Source: Tubulanus polymorphus
Lineage: Eukaryota > Animalia > Nemertea
Length of the DNA stretch: 64,000 nucleotides
NCBI RefSeq assembly: GCF_964204645.1
Contig: NC_134026.1
Location: forward strand, 21,548,150 to 21,612,149
Direction: 5' to 3'
The notes under the pieces are model-generated. The model was not told the origin of the DNA, searched no databases, and was given only the letters and a program-made list of their open reading frames with translations. Of this stretch, positions 1-12,516 are shown piece after piece. Made by a program: the position numbers and the translations under genes. Position 1 is the first letter of the stretch. The number at the start of each line of letters is the position of its first letter.

Positions 1-1193
1 TCTTTTGGTCCACAAGATAGGTTTGTCATTTTAAGGCCTGGTCTTAGTTTCATTGCCAAGAATCAAAAGGCTTCCGTAGCAGCCAGATCTTGGAAGATCG
101 AGGCTTTGACGCATAGGGTATCTCACGATCTTCCTGATACGTCACTCTGTCCAGTAAGAGCTTTAAAGGAGTACCTAGAGAGGACACTTCCCCACAGACA
201 AGATAGGGAGAGGCTCTTTATTCCTCTCCGACAAGGGGATAAGAGAGATATCTAAAGGGACACAATCGCTAGATGGATTGTATCTTTAATTAAAGAAACT
301 CTGCATTCTCAGGGGGCCCAGGCTCCGCTCGGGATACATTCTCATCAGGTGAGGGCATTAGCCACATCCTGGTCATTATTCACGGGGGCTTCCTTGGAAC
401 AGGTTTGTCGTTCAGCCTTCTGGACGTCTCCGTCTACCTTCTCGTCATTTTATTTGAAGGACGTTTCTGGACAGTTAGGCTCACTGTCCACGTTGGGTCC
501 AATTGTTACTGCACAACGAATAAGCGTACAAAAACCCAAAAAACATTGGGCCCAGTTAGACCTTTTTAAACCAGGTCCTGGGGATTAAAGGGTTTCTTCT
601 GTATTCAGCTATAAGAAAGTTGATGTATATAAGTTGTGGGCATCTGTTACAGGGCCTAGGTTACCTTAAGACAGTTAGTGGTAAGGGTCCCTTTTGTTAT
701 AGGTATTAAGTTTAGACATGAATCATGATTTCATTTATATAGCCTGGGCAAGGCTGCGTCTAGAGTTTAAGTTTTTTATCTACTGGTTTAGGTTAATATC
801 GAGGTAATGGCAGTCAGTGCCTTACTAAGGTATCCGGGAGTCAGTTGACACCGGGTTGTTTGATTTCCTTTTTTCGACTCAAACGTAACAGGGTCATAAT
901 AGGCATGTTATTATCTACCAGTACAGTTAGGAACTGAAAAGGAAGCAGCACGGTAGCTCCCTGATTTTTGGTTTTCCACTGGCTCACCTGGGGTTTGTTG
1001 CGGTTTTCTGCAGAGAGTTTTAGGGTGAGTGTAAGTGTAGAGAATTTAAATCGACTTTTGGTCGCCTCCCTCCTCCATTCTTTGGGATTCTGGCTATAGT
1101 GTATTTTCCCAGGGAATGTATTCGAAGTAAATATTACAATTTTGTTCAAAAATTGGTATTTACGAGGAATACTTACCTGGGAAAATTACACTA
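1..1193 (+). mobile_element. 3' end of DIRS-type tyrosine-recombinase retrotransposon (within a GGNBP2 intron)
   Basis: Frame ending at 588 reads LCPVRALKEYLERT...IHSHQVRALATSWS...WTSPSTFSSFYLKDV: YR C-terminus with HxxR and catalytic Tyr. Terminal inverted repeat arms at ~1097-1135 and ~1155-1193. Confidence 0.8.
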
Positions 1194-1774
1194 CATTAAA
1201 TTTTGACAAATAACCAATTACAAATTTTTGTCTAGTTTGTACTGTGTATAGTGTAAAGGATAAACGTTTGCTTACAAAACCACCAAATTAACGGTTTACC
1301 GAGATAAACAGTACCAATTTAGGAGCCTATAGTATTTGGGATATTTGGTATATGAACGTGATGCAGGAGCTTCCTAGAAATTTGAAACTTTTTCGTTAAA
1401 ATTCCTTATATCCAAGAACTGATCTGTAGCGACCCAGTCAGTGTTATTAAGTACAGATCAGGTCTTTTATCTACCAGCATACAATATTGTTAACCTTCCT
1501 GCATTATGTTACTGATTTTCCATTATTGTAGACTATTTTGGTCTGATAAAGATTACCAGGGCGCCTTAAAATATTGCAATTTGAAAATTGTCATTCATAT
1601 TTCAAAAGCTTATCCCTGAAAATGTTTAAGCTTGTTACTCGAGACATTTTACCAAGGTTGGAAGCCCTAAGTGCAGTTAGTTGTAAATTTCTTGGTACCA
1701 GAAACAATTTTCTACCATTATTCATTTCATTGACTAATTCAAGTTTTGTACCGGGTACTCGATCTTTTTCGCAG

Positions 1775-3955
1775 ATAACTTTGGAGAAAAAACAAGGTAT
1801 ATCGAACCTCGAACTCGTCTGCGAAGAGTTGCTAGAAGAGGAACGCGTCAAGGAGCAAAAACGCGAACAGAAAAGACAAAAGCGACGCAAGAAAAGAAAT
1901 CGAAATAACAACAATTCTGAAGAAGTGGAGGGCGATAATTGTGAGGTAAATTGATCGCAAATGAAAATTGGTTATACATTATATACATTTCTGCGGAAAG
2001 GTCCAGTTTGTTAAGGATTTTTTTGCAGACAGCCATATTTAGTGGAAGTAACTCTGGAATTGGTATTTCGCTGTAAAATTGATTTAGATATTACTGGTAC
2101 TTGGTATTTGTTTACCACTGACAATTATAAATGTTTTATGCCGAACTTCATTTACATATGTATATTTCTTTTGCTAAATTATCTGCATTCTCTCTACCAA
2201 TGATATTTATTACCAGCAGCCATATTCGCGAAGGTTGTCCAACTTAGTTGGTTGCTAACTGTGTAGTTAAACTATAGGAAGTAACAAAGTCTTTATGAAT
2301 TTTTGGTAGTAAGGAACTTAACAAGAAACTAGGCTTAGTAAAGTTTTATGAATATGGAGTTTGATTTCGATGTTCGAAGTAACCGATTGTCGGTATCAGG
2401 ACAATTGCCCCCAAATTAAATCTTGTTGTTATGTCTATGTATTTCAGTGCGGTGTCAATGACAATGCAACGAACACTAGCTGCGCGTCATGCGAAAGTGA
2501 TTACGCCGCGTACACCGTGGCGTATAGCAGTAGTACTGGTAAAACAGCGAATGGCTCCGGAAAACCTACTTGCAACGGTACGACGCAGCGGAGTAAATGC
2601 GAACCGGTGACGTTGAATTGTAGCGGCAGTAAATCTTCCAGTTGCCGTAGCGATGCCGGCTATTCATCTGGACACGACGGCTGTGAGAGTTGTAGCTTGC
2701 CGAGTTCGAACGATGGTTCGGATATCTTATGTTCCGAAGATCATTGCATTCACGATGGTAAGTGCGGATGAATTCTGAAATATTTAAGGTGGTCAAATTT
2801 TGGAGTGCCGGTTTTAAAATTTCATTTTCTAATTGTTCGATAACTCTGGAGTCGTAAACAACCCACACATTTTAGCTTCTTATGTAGATAATGGAGTCAT
2901 AACTCCTCTTCATTGTCCATGTTTGGATTACATCTGTTATTGCTCTGTATGTTACAGGAGAATCTAGTCCTTGTTCTTCCGTTGAGCTATCTGACAGTTG
3001 TTCGGATTGTTCGAGAAATTCCAAACACTGCAAGAATGAAAAATCTCAATGGGTAAGTGAGGAGATTCTTGTGAAGGTATCCATTATTAATAGTTGTCAG
3101 TCCCAGGAGATAAAAATACTCCTTATAATTTTCTTTTGTTCCCATTCTAGTGCAAGGATAGACCCAATGGTGATGTATTTTGTGCTCACGGAAACAGTTT
3201 CCCCCGACAATTATTTGGTGGTGGTATGGCGACTAGTTTGCAAGAGATGCTTCTAGAGGTATGTATAATACTATAAAATATAAATGTAAATCTACAAAAT
3301 GTAAAATAAAGATAAATTTGAGATTGCTTACATGGCAGTGATGTTGTGTGGTTCAGTTTTATAAATATATTTTTTGGGGAGTTGCTCTAACAGGCTATTG
3401 AGTTCACTTATCTATCCATCTATAGGCCTAAGTAAAATCAAAGTTTTTAGCACAATTGTGCTCCAATTTGTAACTAATGACATGTTTATTGATTGTTGTG
3501 AGCTTCAAAGGTTTGTGTATAAGTTGGCCACCAGGAGAGCATTGAATATTGAAATTATTAGATGGTCTTGCATTTCAGCAAGTTGGCGTGTTGTTCCCTG
3601 GGCTCTTAGTTTCCTAGTTTTAGTGAATGACTGACACATGTTCAGGATTTGTGAAACACCTGGGCGCTGATTTAGGGGGAAATTCTCGGTTTAAATAAAA
3701 GTTATTTTTTTGTTCTAGGCGCAGTGTTCGTCCGACGAAGACATCGGCGAGTCGATATCTGAAGAAGAGATACGCCAGTTCAAAGCCAATCAAACGATAT
3801 TAGATTCCAAACGACAAGAGCTGAGAGAAACGCTTCGTAAACGTTTCGACCGGCTGTGTTTGAAAGGCTGTTCGTGTCGACATAAGAATTGTTGCGCGGA
3901 GACGATGTGCTGCGTAAATGTCGTTCTGAAAGACACTGATGTCGATTTGGAGTAA
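1775..3955 (+). CDS. GGNBP2: Gametogenetin-binding protein 2, 3' exons (5' part outside window)
   Basis: Exons ~1775-1945 (ITLEKKQGISNLELVCEELLEEERVKEQKREQKRQKRRKK), ~2448-2757 (Cys/Ser-rich, DAGYSSGHDGC), ~2958-3052, ~3151-3258, 3719-3955 (ISEEEIRQFKANQ...RQELRETLRKRFDRLC, TAA). GT-AG borders. Confidence 0.85.
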
Positions 3956-6900
3956 AAACTATCTTTCGGCATTTTTCTTCTTTTTTTCATGTGATAAATG
4001 CGAGTTTCAAGCGGGTGTTATTTGCTGTGCATTGAATTGTGTTTTGTGTGTGTATGTCGTTAGTTCATTGTTAAGTTATGATGAAATTGTGAAATGTTTG
4101 GGCAGCAGGAGTATAGTTCAGAATGGATAATGTCGAGTTTTCCTTTTTCATGAAGGGTTATCCATTTTCATATTTGCATACTTCAATGTTGTTGATGTGC
4201 TCCTGGCACACTGGGCAATTTTCAAATTATTCATACACGTGGCTCAATGCACGGACGGTCTTAATACAACTGGCACAATAGACAGACTAAAATTGACTTA
4301 AAACTGCTTCACACACATAGATATGGTACTTAACTTGAAAAGTCTTTGAATTTCTATCCTGAGTCTTAGGAGGTCCAAGCCCTGTCTACACTAGAGTGCG
4401 AATGTGGATTTTAGTCTACTCTAAAGAGGATCCAATGAATGCATTTTTAGTCATTCCATCAACTTCTGGATTTGTTGAAACCGTTTTCTTTCGAGAATAC
4501 AATATAGTAATCTGGTCTCGTGTAACTTTAAGATCTAAATTCGAATTGTTTGAAAATACGTTCAAAGGGTTCTTGTGTCACACGGCTTCTTCCATGTTTC
4601 TGTTGATATCTTTACATGAAATAAGTACTATGTAGTAAAGTTCTGAGAGAGTACAATACAAAAAACACAAAGCACAAGTCATTGTATAGTTAGTTGATTA
4701 TACATCATTGGTCCTTAACTTTTGTTGATGATTATTATTATTAAAGCTAACGTTTTGTATTTGTTAATAATTTTATGGTATTAGGAAGAATTATATTGTG
4801 ATAAAATCGAATTAACTTTAGATCAATCTGATGGTGAAGGCCTTTCCTGATCAAGTCGTATCTCTTGGCTAGATTTTTAATTCTAGAATTTCTGCTAGAA
4901 ACTGCCGTATCTAATGAGACCTGGTTTACATTTTAATGATCAGTCTTGCTCCCATTCGTTAGTAGTGATAAGGTTGGCTTATTTCAGTAAACAGTTTTCG
5001 ATATTATTTTATTACATCTTCAGATAAGGGTTCAACTGTCAAGGGGTAGAAAAAGGTTTCTGGCCGTTAAAAGTTTGGTCTACTGATTTATCATGGATAT
5101 TAATTTGAAGTCTCTTGGCTTGGTCAGGAAATATTATTGAATTGATATACCGATAAGCTGTCCAGTGATATTCATATATATATGTGATATGATTTTATTT
5201 GCAAACAGTGTCTGTATCACTGGATTCGATCTTATAGACAGGATTCTGTGAATATTACTTGTGATTTTCAAGATCCAAATATATTAAATACGCATAACTG
5301 GCTCAATTTATCGTAATTGTATCTCTTTGGCAGTAAATCAGATCTCTGTATGCACCAGTGCAATTTATGCAAAAAGGCCTGTTGCAAAGTAGTAAAAGTG
5401 ACAGAATTTTGACTTCATGACCCAGTAGCACAGACCATCAGTCTTACCTGTAAATCTAACAGTTCATGACCTGATTAAGTGACCGCAACTGAATCCAGTG
5501 TTTATTTAGAACTGTAACTCCTATTGTTCGATAACGACACATGTATGTTAAAGCCATTGACTGGTGAATTGTGGTCATTCATTGATTACATACACATGAA
5601 GGGGTCCGCAATAAAATCAAAGAAAAAAATATGACATATATTGAAATGTGGCAAACAGATGACTCTTGCCACTTAGGATGATGAAGTCATGATTTTGTTG
5701 GAATTAAATCTTTCATGACTTCCTACATAGTAGAATATTCAGTCAACTGGTAAAATGCAGTTGCTTACCTTTTTTTCTAGTTGTGTGTTTGTGTGTATGT
5801 GCATATGGAAAGTTATTTGAATAGCAGAATATTTAATTTGCGGCTTACTTTGCACACATATTTTTTGCACGTGTATTCAGCAGGACCATCCGAAAATTGA
5901 TGATTTGGACTAAGTGATATACTTACAATTAGGACCTTTTTCCATTAATATAGGTTAAAATTCAACTTAAATTTGGAGGCATGGTGATAAAAGTGTCAGA
6001 CATCTGCGGAGTGGGTACACCTGACTACCTGACTAGGACTACTATTTACTACCATTTGGGAGTAGTTTCTGCTCTTAAGAGCTCAATTACTCCAAGAAAT
6101 ATATTTTTTTTAAACTCATAATCAATGGTAATGGTAAAAAATCATAATAAAATCTAGTTCACTTTCAGTGAAAGTATATTTTTATGCCAAATAACTCTCA
6201 TCTTTGGTACAACTTCTACGAAATTAGATATTGGTGGTCAGTCTAGTATGGGTGAGTTCACGCTGCATTTAGATACTGGCGATACTGGCAGTAAAGTATT
6301 AGCTCCAATCATAGTGTATCAAAGTGAACCAATGAACTCGTTGAAAAAATGAATGAATTTTTATCTCAAATTAAAAAATGGAACTCTGGGTCTTTCAATT
6401 TAATGCGAGTGCGTAAGACATATTATGAAGTGACTAGTAGCACTAATTTGAATTATAGGTCTAATGATTATTATGAAACTTGGTTCCAGCCCTATAAATC
6501 GATATCATTTTGGTTATTGAAGCGAAATATGTATGAACTGTTTGATAAATTTTTGAAATTGTGGAACTGAGCTTCTGCATGCATGAGGTAATAGAAGAAA
6601 GTAAGCCTACTATCTTGATATAAATGTACAAACAACACTACGTTTTAAAAATGACAAGATGTTGAAGATTATTAATGATTAAAAATGCATACTTTTATGT
6701 TGCCTACTGGATGGGTAATTTCAAAGCCTGGTGTACTCTTGGGATGCAATTTCTGTAATAAACGACTCATGTGCCGGAATATGTAATTATCTTCTTTGTC
6801 TTTTCGTAGATTATTCTTACAGAGAGAGGTTATATTTGTGTTCTCTTTTGGTTTTTCGAGTTAATCCCATCTCAAAACACTTGAAAAGTATCCAGGCAGC

Positions 6901-7449
6901 TCCCCTCGCAAAAATATTCGAACCTGATGGTGGGTTTACTGCATAGACTCTAAAACAAGTCCATGGTTCGTGAAAGATCAAATAAAAGCTATAGAGATCA
7001 AAGTAGACCCGACAGAAATTAACCCATATACCACAAGAGGAATTGAATATGTTCATTATACCAAAGGTTAATTCACTATCAATTGTAAAATGTACATAAT
7101 AATGTACTTATTATTAGCAACCCTGAAAACCTGAGTTTTCAAGGGTTTAAGTCGGGATTCGAACCCCCCGGGTTCTAAACGTTAACGTCGCTGCTAGGAG
7201 ACTGGTCGCCTGTCACGTGCTGCTGTCAAAATAAAGACCCGACAACCAGTCAATGTCATTGCTTAACATTTCGGGTTCGATTCCGAACATTTTTGGAACC
7301 AAATTCAGATTGCAGACCTTTGATAATTGTATAACAAGCCTCCTATCCCATATATAAAAATATGACAAACATGAAAAAAGCAAATTTGAAAATATAGACT
7401 ACAACTTACGTCTTAGCGGAAGGATATGTAAAACATGAAGCGCAGCGAG

Positions 7450-7545
7450 CTACTTTCAGTACGAGAGCGGCCATCTTGCTTGACTGACGACGCTTATCCT
7501 TGAAAAAATCCCTGCGAAATCGTCCTTTGATTCATACCATCCGCT
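7450..7545 (+). promoter_or_regulatory. Core promoter/5'UTR of 14-3-3 gene 1 with YY1-like GGCCATCTT
   Basis: CTACTTTCA...GCGGCCATCTTG...AAAAAATC...AAATCGTC...ACCATCCGC-ATG is conserved with 15063-15161 upstream of gene 2. Confidence 0.6.
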
Positions 7546-10500
7546 ATGGAGAGCGAAGGCAGAGCAGATTACGTTTATGTTGCTAGATTAGCCGAACAGG
7601 CTGAGCGATATGATGGTGAGCTGCCCTGGAAATCGACAATTTGTTTACCTTCATTCACACTTGTATTGACGAAGTATTTATTTGACAGGCCTACACACAT
7701 TTCAATTCATTGACATTGCAAAAGAAGCCTACCTGTCCCTTTTATACGAACTTATCAGAGGCGGGTCTCATTGATTACCTTTTAACAACAATAGAACACA
7801 ACTATTACTTGTGTACTATCGATAATTTGACAGACTGAGACGGCAGTGTCACTGTCACTAACTGTCAATCTCCCGAGGGCGCGTGGTCTGCTGCACCCCG
7901 GTCTTAGGAAAAATACGTTCTCTCTGATAAAAGGATATATATATTTGGGAGCAACTGCAGTTAAGGTGTCCCTTATCTACCTAACCTAGTCAAATAGCAC
8001 TATTCTCTAATAACACAGCCATTGAATTGGATGGTGCCTACTAATTACCTAAACTTAAGTTAGACCGCAAAGCCTAGTTTAGCAATATCAATTCCGGATA
8101 AATGACGAGAGAAATCCCACCATGATTCAGTCTGAGATTAAATATGGGAAGTGGATATTTTGCCAATGCAGCATTATTTTAGTAAACGCTAGTTTGCCAA
8201 TGGCTATATATATATTAAGATATAGTAATAAAATATGATAATAGAATCATTATATTGGGTTTAGGATTAGGGTTTCGATAGGGTTAAGGTCTAGAGGGTC
8301 CAGAGGGTTAGGGTAAGGGTGAGGTTTAGGGTCTGTTTTTTACCCCTAGGGATAGGGTTAGGGTAAGGTGAGGCTTTATGTAGTGAAAACTTACGGATGG
8401 GTTTGAATGAGCTCGGTGGTCTAGTGGAAAGACGTTGGGCTAGCAATCTGCTGGTCCGGGTTCGAATCCCGTTCTATGCTGCTATTTTCACTAACTCTGT
8501 TCTCTACACTTTCCTTGAATTTTCTAAGTCGCGCACGTCGGTGCGCATGCGTAGCGTCAATTAGCCAATCAGAACGCGCCATTGGCAAAATAGCGTTGAC
8601 AGGAATAATGCCGCATTGGCAAAATATCACCTGCCATAGAAATACTTGAATAGAAGAGAATTTATTAAGAGCAATGTTTGGGCTAAACAGCCATCATCTG
8701 TTGTACTGATCGTACGTTGAGTACGTCTGATGATGGCTAATAGTGTTTAGCTGAAACGTTGCTCTTGATAATTTCTCCTCTGTTCTAGTATTTTTAATCT
8801 CGGACTGATCATTGTGGGATTTGTCTGGTCATCCATCATACACGGATAGTGTGTACCCTCTCGACAAATTCGGATAAAGCCTTTTTGGTGGCTTCAAATG
8901 CACAAGCCTTGTTTAATGTTTGTGGATTTCGCTATTGTGGACGACGGTAGAATGTATTCTAAAAATTTTAAGGGAATCTAAAAAAATTTAGGGGGTACTT
9001 GTCCCCCTTGAACTGCCCTTGAATGATGCAGTTACATTGTTCTACTATGGCTCTGAACTAGGTTCTACAGTTTTCGGTTGGTGTTCACTCTGTTGGAGTT
9101 AAGGTACCATAAGTTCATTTCAATGTTTTAATTTTTCAATTGAACCCAAATCAGTGGAACTCAACCGGGTCCTGGATATCAGAATCATGTCCATCCATCG
9201 TGGTAGTGGATACTTTGTTTGTTTGTTTACATATGGGTCACTTGAATTCTCGCAGAAATGGTCGACGCGATGAAAAATGTAGCCAAGCTGAACGTGGAAC
9301 TGTCGGTCGAAGAGCGAAACCTCCTGTCGGTAGCGTACAAGAACGTGATAGGTGCGAGAAGAGCATCGTGGAGAGTTATAAGCAGCCTCGAACAAAAAGA
9401 CGACGGCAAGGGCGCCGAAAAGAAAGAGCGAATTGCAACTTATAAGAGAGTGGTGAGTCTTTAATACGTGAAATGAAATGAGCTGGATATTTTTTCTTCT
9501 TTTGACGAGAATTGTGAGCGAATGTCAGCGTTTGGCAGTCCAGCGGTGATTTAATCTGATGATATCGGTCGTCGTCAGAATATTGTTCCACCTCTTGAAA
9601 AGTTGACTAACCCTCCTGACTAATAATGTTTTGAAGGGATGTTCATTTCTGTAACATCTCCGCACTCCTAATCGGTGTCGGTATTTTTTCGGGTATCCTC
9701 CCTTGTGTGTGTGCGTGTGAATGCTCCTGCCGAGAAAGGACTTTTTACACTAATTGCGTTGGTTTTCGTCTACGTTTTATTTTTTCGAATCGGTTAAAGT
9801 CATGATTCGTATTAATCGTGTGGTTATAATTCGTGGACCGAGTCACGAGGTTCCTGCCTTCACAATACCAGGTAAGACGTCGAAGTTGCTTGGCTTTAAT
9901 TAATTAAACAAGTTTTTAATGAAAATGAGAGAATGTGTTTATACATCATTCGCTTTTTGTTTTGTTTTGTTTGTTTTTCTTTTAACAATAAGAGCACTTA
10001 ACGATAATATCAATACTTGTTAACGGGAATGTTGCTGTGAAGTGGGTAAATTTTCTCGTTGGAAGGACAAATTTTAGACCTTAGCCAAAGCCACATTGCT
10101 GGTAAACTGAAGGCAGGAACGTTGATTCTAATCCTAAGATTCATGTGTAAATGATTCATCTTTTTCAGTTCAGTGCCTGTGACTTTGGCAAAGGTTCATG
10201 CCCGTGTGCGACGAATGGGCTAGGCCTGTTTGTAATATTTAAAAAAAGATATCGAAAAATTTACTCGTTGAAGTGTGTATCTTTGAATATTTTTCATCAT
10301 CATTTCAGATCGAGCAAGAACTGTTGGTAAAATGTAAGGAAGTCATATCGTTGATAGATACGTGCACACGAGATCCGTCGAACGCTGAATCTGAAGTATT
10401 CTATAATAAAATGTAAGCAGTTTATCTTGAAAATTGTATCGACGGCGTGGAACACCTCTTTTTAAACTCATCCAAACCAAAAAAATGCTGTTTGCCTGGT

Positions 10501-12516
10501 CGTCATCGTCAAAAGTCATTGCATTACTCGAGTAGCTTGCATGACTCAATTTCTTCGAAGTGTTAGTCATTTGGATATTCGTCAAGAAAATGATAGTCCC
10601 AACTAAGGCAACTTGAGCTAGATTGATAGGGGGTCGTCCATTTATTACGTACTCATCGTAGGGGTGGAGGGGGTCTTACTAAATTGCATGCATGTGTACG
10701 GAAGCGATGAAGGGCCTCGAGTTGTCGCGTTCCAACTCGACAAGTTGTCATATTTATGTCGACATATCGCGTCAAGTCGACATCATATCGTGACGTTTTG
10801 ACGATATATTTCGTTTTCACTGCCATTTTCCTCGCGACAAGACTTGAAACTCAGTCGTCATTTCACTGGCATCCTCATCTTACATTTAGACATGTCTTCA
10901 AATGACGGCTTGTCCCGTGAAAAATGGGCGAATTTGTCGTGAAAACGTCACAATATGTCGACATAAGTATGGCGACTTGTCGAGTTGGAATGCGACAACT
11001 CGAGGGGCTTTATCGCTTCCGTACATGTGCCTACAGGGGGGAGGGGGGCTAATTCTGATGCGTTTGGTATGCACAATTAACAAATCGTGAGCATGCCCTG
11101 TATACGTCGTTCAATGTCTACTACCCCTATTGTACACCGTGGGCTCATCCTTGTTCAAGAACTCGCGACTTTTTAGTACAAACGTAATGAAAGTAGGCCT
11201 AGGTCTAATCAATAAAAACAATAGTCTTTCCTTGAGTCTTCCCTTTTGTGTTAGACACTTTGGGGAGAGGGGTAACTTTGAAGGTCAGTATGTACGCAAA
11301 GGGGAGGGGGTAAATGATTTGCGTACAAGGGGGGAGGGGGTCTGATTTTACCGAAAATAATGCGTACGTAATAAATGGACGACCTCTAGTGAAAATATTA
11401 ATGAATGATTATTTTTAACAAGCCTTTACTATAGAACTTGAATGTTCGTTTAGATTTGGTTGCTGTGTCATTTTCCAGTATTAAAAAAAAAACGTCATAG
11501 GGTTCATTGATTTATTATGTATGCATTACGGGGAGGAGTGAGTGGAATTGCGTACTGTAATGCTTCATTTTGAAAAATTCAGATTTTATGCGTACGTAAT
11601 AAATGAATGATCCCATACATAATTCATGTTTTCATCCTTCTACTGCTCATTGTAACGATATTCCTTATTATGCAGGAAAGGTGATTACTATCGTTATATG
11701 GCGGAATTCACAACCGGAGAAGAACGAAAAGAGGCAATTCAAGAGAGTTCCGATGCATATAAAGCGGCGAAGGCTATTGCCGACAAACATCTGAAAGCTA
11801 CGAATCCGATTTGTCTTGGCCTGGCGCTGAATTTCTCTGTGTTTTACTACGAAATTCTCAACTCGAACGAAAGCGCGTGTCAATTGGCAAAGGATGCATT
11901 TGAAAAGGCAGTCGCTGAGTTGGATTCGTTGCCCGAAGATAGCTATAAAGATTCGACCTTAATCATGCAGTTGCTGCGAGATAACCTGACCCTATGGACC
12001 AGCACAGGTGAGTTATGTTCATAGTTGTTAAAGTGGAACCTCGTGGAAGGACCAATTGGGGGCATCTAGTTTTAGGTAAAATCTTGATCAAACATGTTTT
12101 ATGTAAACCATAAGTGATCAGCATTGGGTCAAAATCCAGATTTCATTGATCAGTGTGTTCTTCTCGTGGAATCTAATCTTATTTCAACGAAAATGGTTAA
12201 TAGTTAATTCTCAAATTTGTTGTACATCTGTGATGGAATTCCACACTGCTGCGCTTGTTGGTTCAGTTGCTATTTAGTGGTTTCATCTCAATTGGTGAAC
12301 TCATAGTCTTAAAAATCAGCTATATTTTACATCAAATTTTGATCATTATAGATAAGAGGGTTGTCATTTAATTTATCTTAATTTTGAAAATACATAACTG
12401 GTGTTTCAAAAAATGTAAGTCGTAGATGTTTTTAAATTCCTAACGGGAGATTCATTAAATTTTCAGAAGCTGAAAACCAGTCTGCAGATGATGATGTTGA
12501 TCAGGACGAAGCCTGA
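7546..12516 (+). CDS. YWHAE: 14-3-3 epsilon-like protein, gene 1 (5 exons, divergent paralog)
   Basis: Exons 7546-7615 ([23 protein letters not shown]), 9256-9452 ([22 protein letters not shown]), 10309-10412, 11676-12007 (KGDYYRY...[19 protein letters not shown]), 12467-12516 (acidic tail, TGA). Phases consistent; AATAAA at 13276. Confidence 0.93.
8151..8631. mobile_element. Non-autonomous TIR element with degenerate TTAGGG-like tract and tRNA-like A/B boxes
   Basis: TIRs GATATTTTGCCAATGCAGCATTATT / AATAATGCCGCATTGGCAAAATATC. GGGTTAGGGTAAGG repeats ~8257-8372. TGGTCTAGTGG (~8417) and GGTTCGAATCCC (~8459). Confidence 0.6.
8644..8865. repeat. Inverted pair of a dispersed repeat with hammerhead-like core (Penelope-like)
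   Basis: 8644-8697 is the reverse complement of ~8729-8790. The inverted arm resumes at ~8102-8145, beyond the 8151-8631 insertion. Another copy lies on - at ~59250-59385. Core CTGATGA-T-GGCTAA...TTAGCT-GAAACG at 8727-8758. Confidence 0.5.
9850..10196 (+). promoter_or_regulatory. Conserved intronic RNA-pairing module A/B/C with cryptic splice sites, 14-3-3 gene 1 intron 2
   Basis: A 9850-9876 (GTTCCTGCCTTCACAATACCAG|GTAAG), B 10077-10120, C 10178-10196 after TTTTTCAG. A:B gives 13+6 bp; B:C gives 17/19 bp. Homologous to 16954-17385. Confidence 0.75.
10629..11386. mobile_element. MITE flanked by TA, with nested palindromic element (~10689-11029)
   Basis: TIRs GGGGGTCGTCCATTTATTACGTAC / GTACGTAATAAATGGACGACCTC. 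Internal long inverted repeat CGGAAGCGAT...CTCGACAAGT...GTCGACATAT mirrored at ~10940-11027. Related short copies at ~11498-11614, ~22569-22830 and ~25373-25503. Confidence 0.8.

Noticed and set aside
8257-8372. Interstitial telomere
   Set aside because: Short, degenerate and enclosed in a TIR element.
8410-8470. tRNA gene
   Set aside because: A/B boxes are present but no cloverleaf or acceptor stem; repeat-derived. Same for the B-box-like motifs at ~7150 and ~61580.
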